Origin: an uncultured Candidatus Saccharibacteria bacterium
GTDB taxonomy: Bacteria; Patescibacteriota; Saccharimonadia; Saccharimonadales; CAYLGV01
DNA: 64,000 nt
Reading direction: 5' to 3'
Assembly: GCA_964394925.1 (NCBI GenBank)
Contig: CAYMZG010000005.1
Location: 26,873 to 90,872, forward strand
Part shown: positions 62,866 to 64,000 of the stretch, one piece after another
How the letters are laid out: every line of letters begins with the position of its first letter
Numbering within the stretch: the first letter of the stretch is position 1
The notes under the pieces: generated by a model
Told to the model about the DNA's origin: nothing
Seen by the model: the letters and a program-made list of their open reading frames with translations, nothing else
Databases searched by the model: none
Made by a program: the position numbers and the translations under genes

Positions 62866-63999
62866 TCATAAATCCGTGCCAGGCAAAGTGATTTCTATAG
62901 AATCTAACATGCTCTTAGGCACTAACAGGTGGGCCCCGCTAGAAAGCTTAACGTCTGGCTCCGTTCCCAATATACCGGCAATTGCTTTATTAACTTTGCT
63001 GCTCTCAGCACGAAGGGCAGTGACTTTCTCTTCGGCTTGGCGTTCGAGGGTAGCAAGATCCGGCCTCACTCCGTCGGCCTCAAAATCTGCAAAAGCTTGA
63101 TTCACGACGGCTCCAACTATATTCTTTTCTATAATATGCCTCTGTCTCAGGGCTTCTGATTGCTCGGAAGTAATCTGGTAGGTGTCATACTCCACCCCCT
63201 CTTCTCGGACACCCTCATATATCACGTCATGCCCAGGCCTCTCAAAGTAATAACTCGATTCCCCAGCATTCTTTAATAACTCGTACTTAATTCCGTCGAT
63301 GGTAATATATGCTCGTTGCTCACCAACGGCTGGGTTGAAGACAGTGGTGGAATATACCGCCACCCTAACAACATGTAGTGGGTCATCTTCAGATCCCTCT
63401 CCAAACGGCATGACATTCGGAGTAAATAAGTGACGTCCAGTGCTAGTGAAATTTTCTGTGCCTCCAAGTTCTGTATAGTAGTCGCCTGCTGGTGTGGCTG
63501 TGATATCAACAAAGTGATCTTTTACCGGACCGTTTCCGAACACATTACGCGAACGATATATATGGCTTTTAATTCCGTTCCACTCTATAGGTGTAAGGGT
63601 GGAGTCGGGGTCCTTGAAGGGTTGCAGTGGCTCGTTAGGTGTAATGCGATTCTGCTGGTTCATTCGCAAAGCTTCTTTCTTGGCCATAGTACGGACAAGC
63701 TGTTTGGCGATTCGTGGCCTGAGGCGAGCGGCACGCTCAAAGAAAGCTTCGGGTAATTCATTTGGTTTGGGAAGCTTGCAGATGTCGAATACTGTAAGCC
63801 CAGACTTGCTGCCGTTTTCGCTAGGTTCTTCCCATAAGAGTGATTGGTGGATGTGAATAAAGTCACCCGCAACTAACTCAGGAGTATCTGAACTTAGCGG
63901 TACGCTGTCGGTAAGGCTCGTTTCTGGAACGCCTGTTTTGTACGCTGCATCTGCCGTACACAGAAGCTCCCTGTAGTCTTTGGGAAACTGGCTTGACCA
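62866..63999 (-). CDS. hypothetical protein, reading frame open to the window edge
   Basis: The track ORF starts at ATG 63687. The same frame has no stop up to base 63999, so the true start may lie upstream or outside the window. Confidence 0.45.
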   Translation of the reverse strand, partial: WSSQFPKDYRELLCTADAAYKTGVPETSLTDSVPLSSDTPELVAGDFIHIHQSLLWEEPSENGSKSGLTVFDICKLPKPNELPEAFFERAARLRPRIAKQLVRTMAKKEALRMNQQNRITPNEPLQPFKDPDSTLTPIEWNGIKSHIYRSRNVFGNGPVKDHFVDITATPAGDYYTELGGTENFTSTGRHLFTPNVMPFGEGSEDDPLHVVRVAVYSTTVFNPAVGEQRAYITIDGIKYELLKNAGESSYYFERPGHDVIYEGVREEGVEYDTYQITSEQSEALRQRHIIEKNIVGAVVNQAFADFEADGVRPDLATLERQAEEKVTALRAESSKVNKAIAGILGTEPDVKLSSGAHLLVPKSMLDSIEITLPGTDL

Positions 64000-64000
64000 T

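Overview
This 64 kb window is a compact, gene-dense bacterial chromosome segment. It holds about 70 protein genes on both strands, often with abutting or overlapping junctions, plus 3 tRNAs. I saw no rRNA, CRISPR array, transposase or integrase. The gene content, in order: a 5'-truncated mraY-ftsW-murG-ftsQ block; a putative HExxH membrane protein next to a sigma-region-4-like protein; topA and dprA, separated by a repeat-protein and small-membrane-protein insert; pth, der, folP and a pseudouridine synthase; two histidine-kinase/response-regulator pairs; a signal peptidase I fusion; a umuD-like/umuC cassette; gltX; PEGA, DUF3048-like and sortase proteins; a housekeeping and metabolite-repair group (xthA, yjjX-like, pyrH); two tandem type IV pilins; a MacB-type ABC pair; rlmH and radC; an RND exporter; an actinobacterial-style carotenoid cluster (crtB-crtI-crtYe-crtYf-crtEb-idi); and a DEAD-box helicase followed by assorted small secreted or hypothetical proteins. 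The repertoire looks like Patescibacteria/CPR, Saccharibacteria-like, but that is inference only. GC looks mid-40s to about 50% by eye and was not computed. The signals I rate highest are non-coding. (1) Every tRNA gene in the window is followed by a hairpin that includes the CCA end, then a shared GC-rich structured module, then a direct copy of that tRNA's own 3' end. (2) A 70-nt element is conserved upstream of both topA and dprA, with two compensatory base-pair changes. (3) A roughly 385-nt ORF-free transcription unit has a near-consensus promoter and an intrinsic terminator. Other points are the carotenoid cluster in a reduced-genome context, a UmuD homologue lacking both catalytic residues, an 11-residue-repeat protein, and partial gene conversion between the two pilin paralogs.
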